Below, one piece after another: positions 47,985 to 57,901 of a stretch of DNA of 64,000 nucleotides. The position numbers were made by a program, and so were the translations under genes. Below the pieces are notes generated by a model. The model made no database searches and was not told where the DNA came from. It saw only the letters and a program-made list of their open reading frames with translations. This stretch comes from a virus. The stretch lies in IMG/VR virus record IMGVR_UViG_3300042350_002985; one strand, given 5' to 3'. Position 1 is the first letter of the stretch; each line of letters begins with the position of its first letter.

Positions 47985-49695
47985 GGATAATAATAAAGAT
48001 AGAAAATTTTATTGGGAAGTCAAGGATTTCATGACCAAAAAACATGAACCAAAGACCTCAGCTCCTTCATCAAGTCTAAAGGATAGCATAAAAAACGTAC
48101 TAGAGCAAAATAATTCTTACGTACAAAAGACCTTTGATAGACATTCAGAGGCTGTGAATGTAGGTTCAAAATTTATTGCACAAAATGTAGATGCTCAAAA
48201 AGGCTACAACACAAATTGTGTAGCCTACACAAAGAATAAAAATGTAAATGATTTTAGCGTTGGAAAAATGATCACCGAACAACAGGCCACATCTTTTGGT
48301 CAATCGAATCGTGGTGGTGGGTCTGTTGGTGGTCCCGGTGGTGCTGGTGTTATGGGTGGTGGCGGTGGAGGTGGTGGTGGATCATGGCGTGAAAGAAACC
48401 CAGAAGCATATGCACGAAATGTTGCTGCTCAACAAGAACTAGAAGCAAAAAGAGCACAAAATTTGGCAGCAAGTCGCAGACGCAGAGCAGAAGATGAGGC
48501 TTTTGAGTATAATGAAGCACAACCAAAACAAACAGTTGCCGTAGGTGCAAATGTTCCTGTTCCAGGTGGAATTATGCCACTAGTAACAACACAACAAGCA
48601 CCGGGGTTGGACATGGATCCTAATGATCCAACCATGCCTTTGGATACTCCAGCCAATAGAGCAAAATTAAGAGATTTCAGACAAAACAAACAAGCAGATA
48701 AAGTTGCCTCAAGACTTCAAGAACTTTCTGGAAAGGATCCAAGTTCATTAACTGCTTCCGAGACAGCTGAAATAAGTTTGTTGAAATCAATGACACAAGG
48801 TTCAGTTGCAACTGCGGGTCTTGAAGGAAAAGTAAAAGAAAGATTAAATCGTTTTTCTTCTGCAGCACAACAGGCAGCACAAGGTCCAATGCCAGATGGT
48901 GGAAATAGAGCATCCAGCGTTCCATCTGCACAAGATGTTTTAGATAGAACTTTAGGTCGTTCTCAGGCTGATCTTGTGGCTCAAACACAAACTAAAGTAA
49001 AATCAGAAGCAGAAGCCAAAGCAGCAGAACAAAAAGCATATGAGAAACAACTTGCTGCTGAACGATATGCAAAAATGCAAGATGAAATAATCCAAGGTAC
49101 AAATATGACCTATGGACAATTCAAAGCACAATACGGAAGAGATTATGATGCAAGAAGTCCAGAAGATTCTGCAATGCTAGTTCGTGCTGCCAGCAATCGT
49201 TCTGCATTCCGTGTTTCTCCGACTGCAAGAGAATATGATCAAACGGCAACAGATTTTAACAGAATGTATAGAGGGCAAAATGCAGAACTTGCTAGATTGC
49301 AAGGTCAAGCAGATCGTCGTGTAGATCAAGCACAATTTGAATATGATCAATCTTTTGATAGGGTTGTCGATCCAAGTTCAGTAACTGATGGTGTACCTTA
49401 TACAGCATCGATTCCAAAGAGTTTTATTCGTAGATGGACTGAAGAACAAAGACAATCTGGGAAAAAACTTCCTCCCGGATTTAGACCCGATAAAGGAGAA
49501 TATCCTGGAATTGGTGAGGCGTGGAAAGCCGAACAAGCAAGACGTAAAGCAGAAAAAGAAAGATCTCTTGCTATAGAACCACCACCAGCAGTCCCCTTAC
49601 CTCAAGCAAGCAATAGAATTTCTACATCTCCTACAATGGGGGGAACAAGAACAGCATCTGCCTCTCAAACAGCTCCAAAAACTTACAGGATCTAA
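47983..49695 (+). CDS. Hypothetical virion-associated protein
   Basis: 570 aa, glycine-rich low-complexity region; late-type octamer TCTAAATA at 47965. Confidence 0.65.
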   Translation: MDNNKDRKFYWEVKDFMTKKHEPKTSAPSSSLKDSIKNVLEQNNSYVQKTFDRHSEAVNVGSKFIAQNVDAQKGYNTNCVAYTKNKNVNDFSVGKMITEQQATSFGQSNRGGGSVGGPGGAGVMGGGGGGGGGSWRERNPEAYARNVAAQQELEAKRAQNLAASRRRRAEDEAFEYNEAQPKQTVAVGANVPVPGGIMPLVTTQQAPGLDMDPNDPTMPLDTPANRAKLRDFRQNKQADKVASRLQELSGKDPSSLTASETAEISLLKSMTQGSVATAGLEGKVKERLNRFSSAAQQAAQGPMPDGGNRASSVPSAQDVLDRTLGRSQADLVAQTQTKVKSEAEAKAAEQKAYEKQLAAERYAKMQDEIIQGTNMTYGQFKAQYGRDYDARSPEDSAMLVRAASNRSAFRVSPTAREYDQTATDFNRMYRGQNAELARLQGQADRRVDQAQFEYDQSFDRVVDPSSVTDGVPYTASIPKSFIRRWTEEQRQSGKKLPPGFRPDKGEYPGIGEAWKAEQARRKAEKERSLAIEPPPAVPLPQASNRISTSPTMGGTRTASASQTAPKTYRI

Positions 49696-49696
49696 T

Positions 49697-52141
49697 ATGG
49701 ATCAACTGACAAATCTCTATCGCAATAGAGCAATTCAATTACAGAATAAAGTCAAGTTGCTTGAACAACTTCTTTCTGAAAAAGAAGACAAGGAACCAAA
49801 TGTTTACAGACAATCTGAGGCTTCTGCTGCAATGCAGCAACCATGGCGAGTGGCTGCAGGACAAGAAGCATCGATGTCTGAAAAACAAATGTCAGAACTT
49901 CAGGCAAGGTTTGAAAAAGAATTAAAGAAAGAAACTCTTTTAAGAAAAGCACAAGAGGAAAAAAATCTTGCTGCAATGCCGCCTGAAATGCGTAAGGAAT
50001 ATTTAAAAGGCGCTGAAAAAATTTCAGATGAAATGGTGAGAGATCAGGCTTTGAAGGCTGTTGTATTTAAGCATCCTGAACTTTCAGATGTGCTTCCTGA
50101 AGAAGATTATGTAAGATTGGCTGGAAGTTTGACAAGTCCTCTTGTTGTTAGCCAAAGAGGAACATTCTATGAACATCAGCCAAATCTTTCATCTGAAGCA
50201 TTGGAAGGTTTGGCTGCTGCTCAACAAGCAGGACAAGGGCCAACCGAAGATGGTGGAAATAGAGTAGGCTTTCAAATAGTAACCCCCGCCCACAAGTCTT
50301 TCAAAGATGCTGGTTCTTGGGAAAAATTTGTCACTAAAACAATTGAAGCATCCAAAGATCCTGAAAATATAAAAGCCGCATTTGCAATGGGATTACCAAT
50401 AGGTGTTGCACATAGGGGAACTCAGTTACTACTTAAGCCTGTAGCTGGTGCCCTAGAAAGAGCTGGAGCAAAGACAGCCGCCAAAGCAGTGTCTGCAATA
50501 CCAAGTGCTGCTTTGGCAACTGGTTTGGCTGCGGGGACTGCTATTGATGTTGCTCAAGAAAGAGAACGAGCAGCAAAAGGTCTTTCGGTAACAAGTTGGG
50601 AAGAAACCCTTGGAAGATTGGCTCCATCATTGGTTGCTGGTCTTCCTACTTTTTCTGCAGGCCGTGGTGTGTTTGGAACTGTCGGTGCTGCTGGAAGAGC
50701 CCGAGTTCCTTCTGGTATGCTTCCATCTACACGGGGTGAGATGTCTTTGAAACCAGAACCAGCAAGAGCAGCAGGACCAAAACCACCCGAAACTAAATTT
50801 GAAGCTCCCCAAGCAAAACCATTTGCTCCAAAAATGGAACCAATGACTGATGTAAAACCAAGAGTAAGAATGGTTCGCGGAAAATATGGTGAAATGACTT
50901 TTGAATTGGTTGGTGAAAGAGGTCAAGTACAGGTTCCCGGTGGTCAAAGAATTTCTGGTAGACCCGAAGGAATCAATCTTCGTGGTATGGAAGGACGAAG
51001 ACCAAGTGAACCAAAGCCACCTCTACAACTTCCAAGTGAAACACCAGTACCTGAAGCACAACAAACTAAAGCATCAGTTGTTTCAGATATTGTAAAAATG
51101 ATTACAAATCCTCTTGAATTTTCATTAGAAAAAATAAGAGCTGAAAGAATGTCTCCAAAACCAATAGAAGTTGGTGCTGAATTGGGAGCCAATAAACCTG
51201 AAATTCGTACAACTCCCGGTCTTCCTAGTCCACCAGTAACACCTGCTGGAGGAAGATTGCCTAATGTACAGAAACCATTGAGCGTACCAAGTGCTGCAGA
51301 ATTTTCTGTAAAACCAACAACAGAACCACCTTCAGCAGGAAGAGTTGCTGGCACAGTCATGGGAATTCCCGGAGCAATTGCAGCCGCAGAAGCCCCCGTT
51401 ACACCAAGGGGACTACCACCAGTTGCAGCAGAAGTCTCAAGAATGCCTGCATGGGCAGAAACTGCTCCAAAAATCGTTGTAGAACCTGGAGTAAGTGGAC
51501 GAGTCTCATCAAGACCTAGTGGTGGTTCTGTCTCTGGAGAAGTTCCTGCTGCTCGTACTCCAACACAACTAAGTGCCATGGATTTGGTGCTACCCAAACA
51601 AATGGCAGATACTGTCAAACAAGCACAAAAAGCACAAGAGGCTTCCAAAGAAGCACAAAAGGCACCAGAAACAACACAAGTAACAGACGCAACAAAGGCA
51701 ACAGAAACTGCAAAAGAAGCAGAAGAGGCTGCAAAAGATGTTGCCAAAGAAGCAGAAAAAGCAGCAGAAGATGTAACTCAAAAGGCTACAGATAGAGCAG
51801 AAGAAACAACACAAAGAAAGACTGAAGATACCAGTAAAGAAACTACAAGTTCAACTGTAAGTGCTTTGGCTACTTCTTTGTCAACTGCAGCCACTTCAGT
51901 TGTTAATACATTCAATCAATGGGGTCAAAGCAGAATTAATTATCCACCTAATAAACCACCTATGGTTCCTCAAAGAAGAGGTGGTGAGGGGGGTAAAGGA
52001 GGAGGAGTACCCGGAATCCCATCCGATAAAGGTGGAATGGGAGTTGGTGGCAAGGGTGCTCAGGAAAAATTAGGAATTGATTTGACAGCAGATTCTTGGG
52101 GTGGTAAATATTCAAGATATTTAAGAATTGCTCCATCTTAA
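49697..52141 (+). CDS. Large hypothetical virion-associated protein
   Basis: 814 aa; hydrophobic segment GAKTAAKAVSAIPSAALATGLAAGTAI and Ala/Lys/Glu repeats. Confidence 0.65.
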   Translation: MDQLTNLYRNRAIQLQNKVKLLEQLLSEKEDKEPNVYRQSEASAAMQQPWRVAAGQEASMSEKQMSELQARFEKELKKETLLRKAQEEKNLAAMPPEMRKEYLKGAEKISDEMVRDQALKAVVFKHPELSDVLPEEDYVRLAGSLTSPLVVSQRGTFYEHQPNLSSEALEGLAAAQQAGQGPTEDGGNRVGFQIVTPAHKSFKDAGSWEKFVTKTIEASKDPENIKAAFAMGLPIGVAHRGTQLLLKPVAGALERAGAKTAAKAVSAIPSAALATGLAAGTAIDVAQERERAAKGLSVTSWEETLGRLAPSLVAGLPTFSAGRGVFGTVGAAGRARVPSGMLPSTRGEMSLKPEPARAAGPKPPETKFEAPQAKPFAPKMEPMTDVKPRVRMVRGKYGEMTFELVGERGQVQVPGGQRISGRPEGINLRGMEGRRPSEPKPPLQLPSETPVPEAQQTKASVVSDIVKMITNPLEFSLEKIRAERMSPKPIEVGAELGANKPEIRTTPGLPSPPVTPAGGRLPNVQKPLSVPSAAEFSVKPTTEPPSAGRVAGTVMGIPGAIAAAEAPVTPRGLPPVAAEVSRMPAWAETAPKIVVEPGVSGRVSSRPSGGSVSGEVPAARTPTQLSAMDLVLPKQMADTVKQAQKAQEASKEAQKAPETTQVTDATKATETAKEAEEAAKDVAKEAEKAAEDVTQKATDRAEETTQRKTEDTSKETTSSTVSALATSLSTAATSVVNTFNQWGQSRINYPPNKPPMVPQRRGGEGGKGGGVPGIPSDKGGMGVGGKGAQEKLGIDLTADSWGGKYSRYLRIAPS

Positions 52142-52173
52142 TTCTGTGTTATAATTACATAAAGTCGTATCTA

Positions 52174-52848
52174 GTGAATATAAAAACATTTACACACAAA
52201 CCTATTGACATTTCTTGGAAACTTGAAGAAGTAACTCATAACGGATCACGTTTTTACAAGACTCCCGATGGCATTTTTCCAAGTGTCACCACAGTTGTTG
52301 GTTGGGAAAAACAAAAGTTTTTCAGCGAGTGGAGATCCAAGAATCCCGAGGAAAGCAAAAGAGTCACTTCACGGGGAACAAAGTTTCACAAACTTCTTGA
52401 AACTTATTTGAATAATGAAAACTTAGATTATGAAAATATGCATTCAATGCAAAAATCATTATTTTCATTGATCAAGCCAGAAATAGACAAGATAGACAAC
52501 ATCATTGCTTTGGAAACTCCATTGTTTTCAAAGACAATAGGGTTGGCCGGAAGAGTCGATTGTATTGCAGAATACGACGGAAAACTCTCCATAATAGATT
52601 TCAAGGCCAGCACAAAAGAAAAACGAGAAGAGGACATCGACAATTACTTTGCACAAGCCACTGCGTATGCACTCATGTTCCAAGAAAGAACAGGAGTAAG
52701 AATTGACAATTTTGCAATCTTAATTGCGTGTGAAGATGGTCTTCGCCAAGTCTTCAGTGGCCAGCCTCTTAAATATGTTAGACACTTATCGAATCTCATA
52801 AAACGATATAAGGAAGCCCACGATGTACCAAGAACAGAAGACACTTGA
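52174..52848 (+). CDS. PD-(D/E)XK nuclease-like exonuclease (Cas4/RecB type)
   Basis: FPSVTTVVGWEK, GTKFHKLLE, GLAGRVDCIAEYDGKLSIIDFKAS, FAQATAYALMF; GTG start. Confidence 0.85.
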   Translation: MNIKTFTHKPIDISWKLEEVTHNGSRFYKTPDGIFPSVTTVVGWEKQKFFSEWRSKNPEESKRVTSRGTKFHKLLETYLNNENLDYENMHSMQKSLFSLIKPEIDKIDNIIALETPLFSKTIGLAGRVDCIAEYDGKLSIIDFKASTKEKREEDIDNYFAQATAYALMFQERTGVRIDNFAILIACEDGLRQVFSGQPLKYVRHLSNLIKRYKEAHDVPRTEDT

Positions 52849-53419
52849 GGATCAGGTAAACACCAAAGGCACAAAACTTTGGATGCAGATGAATGATAAC
52901 TCCAAGGCCGCAAAATTGCGAGCCTTGTTTGTTCAAAAGAACGGAGGATTTTTCCTCCAAGAAGGAAGATATTGGATTTGGAAGAGCCCAATAGAAGAAC
53001 ATAATGGATATTGGTTGAAGAGAGCAGATACCGGGGAAAAAGTATTCTTCACCAACATGACTGAATTTGGTGCAAAGCATGGACTTTCTTGCGTAAAAAT
53101 TTGTGAGTTGATGAATGGAAAGAGAAAGACATACAAGGGTTGGACAGCAGTTGAAATTCGTGCAGTCCAGAAACAAGAAGGCCCAAAGAAAAGAATTAAA
53201 AAACCAAAGAAGAAAAAGATTCAAATAACCATGTCTACGACTTTTGTGGACATACGTACAAATCAACAGATTCAAGTTGAAAACATATCCCAATTTGCCA
53301 AAGACAACAACTTAGACTATGCAAATTTGAGAAAATTGGCCATAGGCAAGGCAAAGACATACAAACATCTAAAATTATACAATCCTTTTGAGGTTCCCGG
53401 CGAATCTACGGAAGGCTAA
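52823..53419 (+). CDS. Hypothetical protein with NUMOD1-like repeated DNA-binding segments
   Basis: FTNMTEFGAKHGLSCVKICELMNGKRKTYKGW and VENISQFAKDNNLDYANLRKLAIGKAKTYKHLKLY. Confidence 0.6.
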   Translation: MYQEQKTLEDQVNTKGTKLWMQMNDNSKAAKLRALFVQKNGGFFLQEGRYWIWKSPIEEHNGYWLKRADTGEKVFFTNMTEFGAKHGLSCVKICELMNGKRKTYKGWTAVEIRAVQKQEGPKKRIKKPKKKKIQITMSTTFVDIRTNQQIQVENISQFAKDNNLDYANLRKLAIGKAKTYKHLKLYNPFEVPGESTEG

Positions 53420-53429
53420 ATAATTTGAG

Positions 53430-55763
53430 ATGAACTTCATTACTCTTTTACAAAAATTACAAGAAGCAGCCACCCCCAAAAGCACTGGCACCGATGCAAA
53501 GGCCAAGGATGCTGCCAGAAAGCGTGCAGAACGATCACGCCAGATTCCCCGTGACCGGAAGCCAAAGCAGGAACTGGTAAAGGAAGTAATTGCCGTAAAG
53601 ACCAGAGATGGTCGTATTCAATTAATATTCAAAGATTCGTTTAATGAATCAGTTCACGAAAGAGTCAGCAAGGATACAATGACTCTTGAAGAAGCCCAAC
53701 AAATCTCTAAAGATCCAAAATTTGAACAGACTAGAGCATCCAAACTTCTTTTTGGTGATGTAAAAGAAAAAGAACCCGCAGAGAAAAAAGGTGGGGCTAA
53801 AAAAGAGGAAAAGAAAGAAGGTGGCAAACCTTCTTCAAAGGGAAAAGCAGAGAAAAAAGAAGACAATAAGCCAAAGGCAAAAAGACTTTCCAAAGAACAG
53901 ATCTTTCAAGCCATGAGTCAAATGAGTGCAGATCAGTTGGCAACAATGCCACTTGATATGCGCCAAGAATACTTCAAAATGACACGAAAGCCCCCGACAA
54001 ACGTGGACTTCGACAATGTTTCGTTTGAAACGCTTTCGGTAAAGTATGCAATCAGCCCAATCTCAAGTTTGCCTTACAATCAGCAAGTATTGAATGCTTT
54101 GATGTTCTTGGCAAAGATAAAGGCTGGTGCCTCTGATCAAGAGATGCAGACTTACAGTGCAGTCGCACCAAGTGCCACGGAGTTCACAAGAACTGCATTC
54201 AATACAGCCAGAAAAATTCTTTCGCAAATTGGCGAAGAGTGCATTCAAAATCTTGTCTCCACAGTAGAGACAGGTGGACAGCCGGTTAATGCAGAAGGCT
54301 CGGTTGACATGGAATGTGGAAATTACAAATTCAAGGTTTCTGCTGGTGGCGAAATGTCTTTGTCAACTACACAATTCGATCAATCAAACAAGTCTTTCCG
54401 AGGACTAATCGGAAATGCTTTGATGCAGGCATTGTCAAATCCAAAGACAATTCAATCCGATCCAAGACTTGCCGAACTCATGCAAACTGGTTCGCAAGAA
54501 TCACAAAAATTTGCAACGACTTTGATTCCAGATGACATGGTTCAGCAATTGATGCAGGATCCAGAGATGGCAAAGCAACTTCAATCAATGAAGTTGAAAG
54601 ATTCCAGTGGAAATGATATTGGGCCTGTCATTGACGAAGAGGGAAATTTAAATCCACTTGCATCACTGAGCAATTACCAAAATCTTTGGCTTGAAAGAAG
54701 TAAGAGTATATTGGCAGGAAACAAGTCTTCGGCCAAGTCTCCATTCAGAGCAACCGTTGCCTCAAGCATTCTAAAGAATTATCTTCGTGGAGATGGAATC
54801 GTTGATCCAAAGGCGGCTCCGAATCATTTGGTTACGGTTAATGGTGTATTCCCATTGTCGGATCAATACTTTGATGCCATTTCAACTCAAGCAGACATTG
54901 ATGTAAAGCCTGCAAAAGATGTAATTAATTCATCAAACATAGGATCGCTAAAGACTTCTTCTGCAGAAGCAATGAAAAAATATAGAGTGGTCGTTGAAGC
55001 CAAGGAAGAAAAGGAAACCAAAAAGCCATCTCTAAAGCAGGCTTTGGTCAACATCAAGGACATTGATCCAGTTCAATTAATGGTTTCTAACATAGTTGAC
55101 AATAGAGATTTTCTTTTCAATGTAAGTTTATTGCCAGGATTCAGTCCCAAAGACTTGAATGCTGTTGAATACAATTATCTCACCATTGGCAAGAAAACAA
55201 TAAAAATTCCTGTAATTACTCATGAAAAAATAGCGCAGCAGATGATGCAGGAATCTGCTCTCTTGATAAATGATTGTCTTATAGAAGCACTGACAAATAA
55301 TTTTGTTCTTCGTGCTTTGAGAAATGTAGAACTTCTCACGGATTCAGAACAAGCATTGTTTGAAACCAATCCTTCAGTACTCCTTGAATCCTATGAAAAT
55401 ATCACTCCTCTCAAAGAAATTTACAAATCCATAATGGAAAAAATTGAAATGGATCCTTCAATTCTTGAAGCATTCATTCTTCAACTTGAGGAAGCCGAAA
55501 GAGATTACAAGAAGGAATACAAGAATTACCACGGCAAACCAAAGCAAAGAAAAGAAAGAGCAGCAAGAACTGCTGCCCGTGAATTGATGATCAAAAAGGG
55601 GAGAGCCAAGCGTGGGGATGGCAAAGACATTGACCACAAGAAGCCTCTTCGCAGCGGTGGTTCCAAAGGCATAAATAATTTACGTGTCAGAGATAAATCT
55701 TCCAATAGATCCGACAATGGACACAAAAAAGGTGAAAAGCAGAAAAAAGGCAGCTGGAAATGA
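53430..55763 (+). CDS. Large virion-type protein with C-terminal HNH-like motif
   Basis: 777 aa; C-terminus GDGKDIDHKKPLRSGGSKGINNLRVRDKSSNRSDN. Confidence 0.7.
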   Translation: MNFITLLQKLQEAATPKSTGTDAKAKDAARKRAERSRQIPRDRKPKQELVKEVIAVKTRDGRIQLIFKDSFNESVHERVSKDTMTLEEAQQISKDPKFEQTRASKLLFGDVKEKEPAEKKGGAKKEEKKEGGKPSSKGKAEKKEDNKPKAKRLSKEQIFQAMSQMSADQLATMPLDMRQEYFKMTRKPPTNVDFDNVSFETLSVKYAISPISSLPYNQQVLNALMFLAKIKAGASDQEMQTYSAVAPSATEFTRTAFNTARKILSQIGEECIQNLVSTVETGGQPVNAEGSVDMECGNYKFKVSAGGEMSLSTTQFDQSNKSFRGLIGNALMQALSNPKTIQSDPRLAELMQTGSQESQKFATTLIPDDMVQQLMQDPEMAKQLQSMKLKDSSGNDIGPVIDEEGNLNPLASLSNYQNLWLERSKSILAGNKSSAKSPFRATVASSILKNYLRGDGIVDPKAAPNHLVTVNGVFPLSDQYFDAISTQADIDVKPAKDVINSSNIGSLKTSSAEAMKKYRVVVEAKEEKETKKPSLKQALVNIKDIDPVQLMVSNIVDNRDFLFNVSLLPGFSPKDLNAVEYNYLTIGKKTIKIPVITHEKIAQQMMQESALLINDCLIEALTNNFVLRALRNVELLTDSEQALFETNPSVLLESYENITPLKEIYKSIMEKIEMDPSILEAFILQLEEAERDYKKEYKNYHGKPKQRKERAARTAARELMIKKGRAKRGDGKDIDHKKPLRSGGSKGINNLRVRDKSSNRSDNGHKKGEKQKKGSWK

Positions 55764-56911
55764 TATCAAATCAAATAAAGTTGATTACTGAAAAAGTTTA
55801 TTCAGATTCCGGTTTGGGAAAATGGTTCAATCGGGAATCCGCTGGTGGTGGTCCAGGTTGGGATCGCTATAACACCAAAGGCGAACGAGTTGGCAAATGC
55901 GGTGATGCCAAGGAAGGTGAAGCCTATGCTGCTTGCCTCAGCCGTCAAAAGGCAGAAAAACTTGGAAAGAAAAAGATCGGCAGTTTTGTACGCAGAAAGC
56001 GTGCAGCCCAACACAAGGCAGGAAGAGGAAAGAAAGGCGAAGGCAAGAATGGAAAGAAGCCAATCTTTGTCAAGACTGGAGTAACTGAAGTAAAGGAATG
56101 CTTTGATTACTTTTTGGTTGAAAATTCAAACCATGTAATTCCGTTGACATTTTCTCCCATCGAAGCACATGAACTTCTTCCTTTTGATTTGGTCATCAAT
56201 GAAAATGGTGACTTCTTGAATGTAGACATGGTTGAAATCACAGAAGATGGAAAGTATGCAGTCACTTTCAGTGATGAATATGGTTGTGAACTAACTGAAT
56301 CTTTCACTCCTGACACAACCATGGGTTTTGTTGATGTTACCGAAGGACAAGAATACAATGAATTTGATGAGATGCTTGAGCTTCATGAAGAAGAAAAGAA
56401 GAAAGTCAAACTGAATAAGATAATGCGTGGTGATGTCAAAAAATACAAAGTTTATGTAAAGAACGACAAAGGAAATGTAGTTAAGGTAAACTTTGGTGAT
56501 CCTAACATGGAAATCAAGAGAGATGATCCTGCACGGAGAAAGAACTTCCGTGCTCGCCATAATTGCGCCAATCCCGGTCCTCGCTGGAAGGCTCGGTATT
56601 GGGCCTGCAAGACTTGGAGTTCCCAATCTGTGTCATCCATGTTGAAGGAATCGGAAGTTCTTGAAGAAGCCAAGAACAAGCCAAAGAATCCAAAAAAATG
56701 GTCATCATGTATTGCACAAGCAAAACAAAAATTTGATGTCTATCCTAGCGCTTACGCTAATGCTTGGGCTGCAAAATGCTACAAAGGCAAGGGTGGAAAG
56801 TGGAAAAAATTGACAGAAGAGATTGCTGAATATGCTTTGAATACAATGAAGAACAAAATTTACAATCCAGATCTTTTTGGGTTGATAAAGAATAGAAACA
56901 GTAAAAATTAA
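55760..56911 (+). CDS. Hypothetical multi-domain basic/cysteine-containing protein
   Basis: GKWFNRESAGGGPGWDRYNTKGERVGKCGDAKEGEAYAACLSRQKA; later FRARHNCANPGPRWKARYWACKTW and second Cys segment. Confidence 0.65.
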   Translation: MISNQIKLITEKVYSDSGLGKWFNRESAGGGPGWDRYNTKGERVGKCGDAKEGEAYAACLSRQKAEKLGKKKIGSFVRRKRAAQHKAGRGKKGEGKNGKKPIFVKTGVTEVKECFDYFLVENSNHVIPLTFSPIEAHELLPFDLVINENGDFLNVDMVEITEDGKYAVTFSDEYGCELTESFTPDTTMGFVDVTEGQEYNEFDEMLELHEEEKKKVKLNKIMRGDVKKYKVYVKNDKGNVVKVNFGDPNMEIKRDDPARRKNFRARHNCANPGPRWKARYWACKTWSSQSVSSMLKESEVLEEAKNKPKNPKKWSSCIAQAKQKFDVYPSAYANAWAAKCYKGKGGKWKKLTEEIAEYALNTMKNKIYNPDLFGLIKNRNSKN

Positions 56912-56930
56912 TCTAAATAGAAGAGAAGCC

Positions 56931-57485
56931 ATGAAATTTAAACAATTACTTTCAAAAATCAACACATTGGTAGAAAATGCTCCCGAGCAAACTTTCGGTG
57001 GTGGTCTCTATATTGGAGATCCCCAAGGAGCAGCAAAAGTTTCAGCCCTTTCCGACAAAGGAACTTTCAATCTAAAACTTCCTCGTTCTATTGATGCAAT
57101 CAATGCATTGCTTCATACATTCTCAAACAGAGATTACATCGATCCAGATGGTCTAACAGGCATCGTAAAGCAGAAGTTGAATCACTTCGGCCTTGACTTC
57201 TCTTGCAGTGGTAAAGTTGGAGATGGTGAAAATGTATATGAACTAGTCCAATACGGAAGCCCACAACTCGGTGTTTACGGCCAAAATCCATACGATGACA
57301 TCAACAAAACAGGCTTCAAGCAAGGTGATGGAATCAAGGAAAAACTTGGCCACTCATTGAACCTAGTAGTATCCGTCCAAAAGATGCCCAATGGCCTTCG
57401 CAAAGTCGGAATGATGATTGTTCCAGCCGCTTCTTCTTCGTATAATAGTGACATGGCGGGTTCTGACTGTGGATGCAAACACTAA
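56931..57485 (+). CDS. Hypothetical protein (virion-associated candidate)
   Basis: 184 aa; TCTAAATA octamer at 56912. Confidence 0.65.
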   Translation: MKFKQLLSKINTLVENAPEQTFGGGLYIGDPQGAAKVSALSDKGTFNLKLPRSIDAINALLHTFSNRDYIDPDGLTGIVKQKLNHFGLDFSCSGKVGDGENVYELVQYGSPQLGVYGQNPYDDINKTGFKQGDGIKEKLGHSLNLVVSVQKMPNGLRKVGMMIVPAASSSYNSDMAGSDCGCKH

Positions 57486-57492
57486 CTTATTG

Positions 57493-57891
57493 ATGCAAGA
57501 AAAAATAAACTCTCTGACAGAAGAAAACTTTGTAGAATTCTGTCAGAGATATTATTTTAATCCAGAATGTTCTGGAAAAAATGAGTTTGTAGATGATCTC
57601 AAGCGGGTCAAGTACATAAAAAGATTATTGCAAAAGATTCATAAACACAAGACCTTAAAGTCAATCCGTGAACGCCTCATAATAAACCATTTAATAATTT
57701 TAAGAAATGTATTCGGGGACCAAAATTGTTCCCGAATTTTATTTTTCAAGTTAGAACCAAGACTACATTCCTATCTTAAATCTTTCACTGTATTTTTGGA
57801 ATTTGACATCAAAAATTCACCGGAAGTAAGATACACGGATTTGAACACAGATCCCAGAGTTGACAGAAAACTGTCTCAAACAGAAAACTAA
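57493..57891 (+). CDS. Hypothetical conserved phage protein
   Basis: In-frame ATG 57493 (MQEKINSLTEENF) inside track ORF 57418..57891; RLIINHLIILRNVFG...RILFFKLEPRLHSYLKSFTVFLEF. Confidence 0.7.
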   Translation: MQEKINSLTEENFVEFCQRYYFNPECSGKNEFVDDLKRVKYIKRLLQKIHKHKTLKSIRERLIINHLIILRNVFGDQNCSRILFFKLEPRLHSYLKSFTVFLEFDIKNSPEVRYTDLNTDPRVDRKLSQTEN

Positions 57892-57901
57892 ATATTTCTA
57901 G

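Noticed and set aside
48350-48550. Antisense and alternative-frame ORFs in the 47983-52141 region (e.g. 50944..51747, 48429..48689)
   Set aside because: They lie inside two long plus-strand genes and have biased composition from Ala/Glu/Lys-rich codons.
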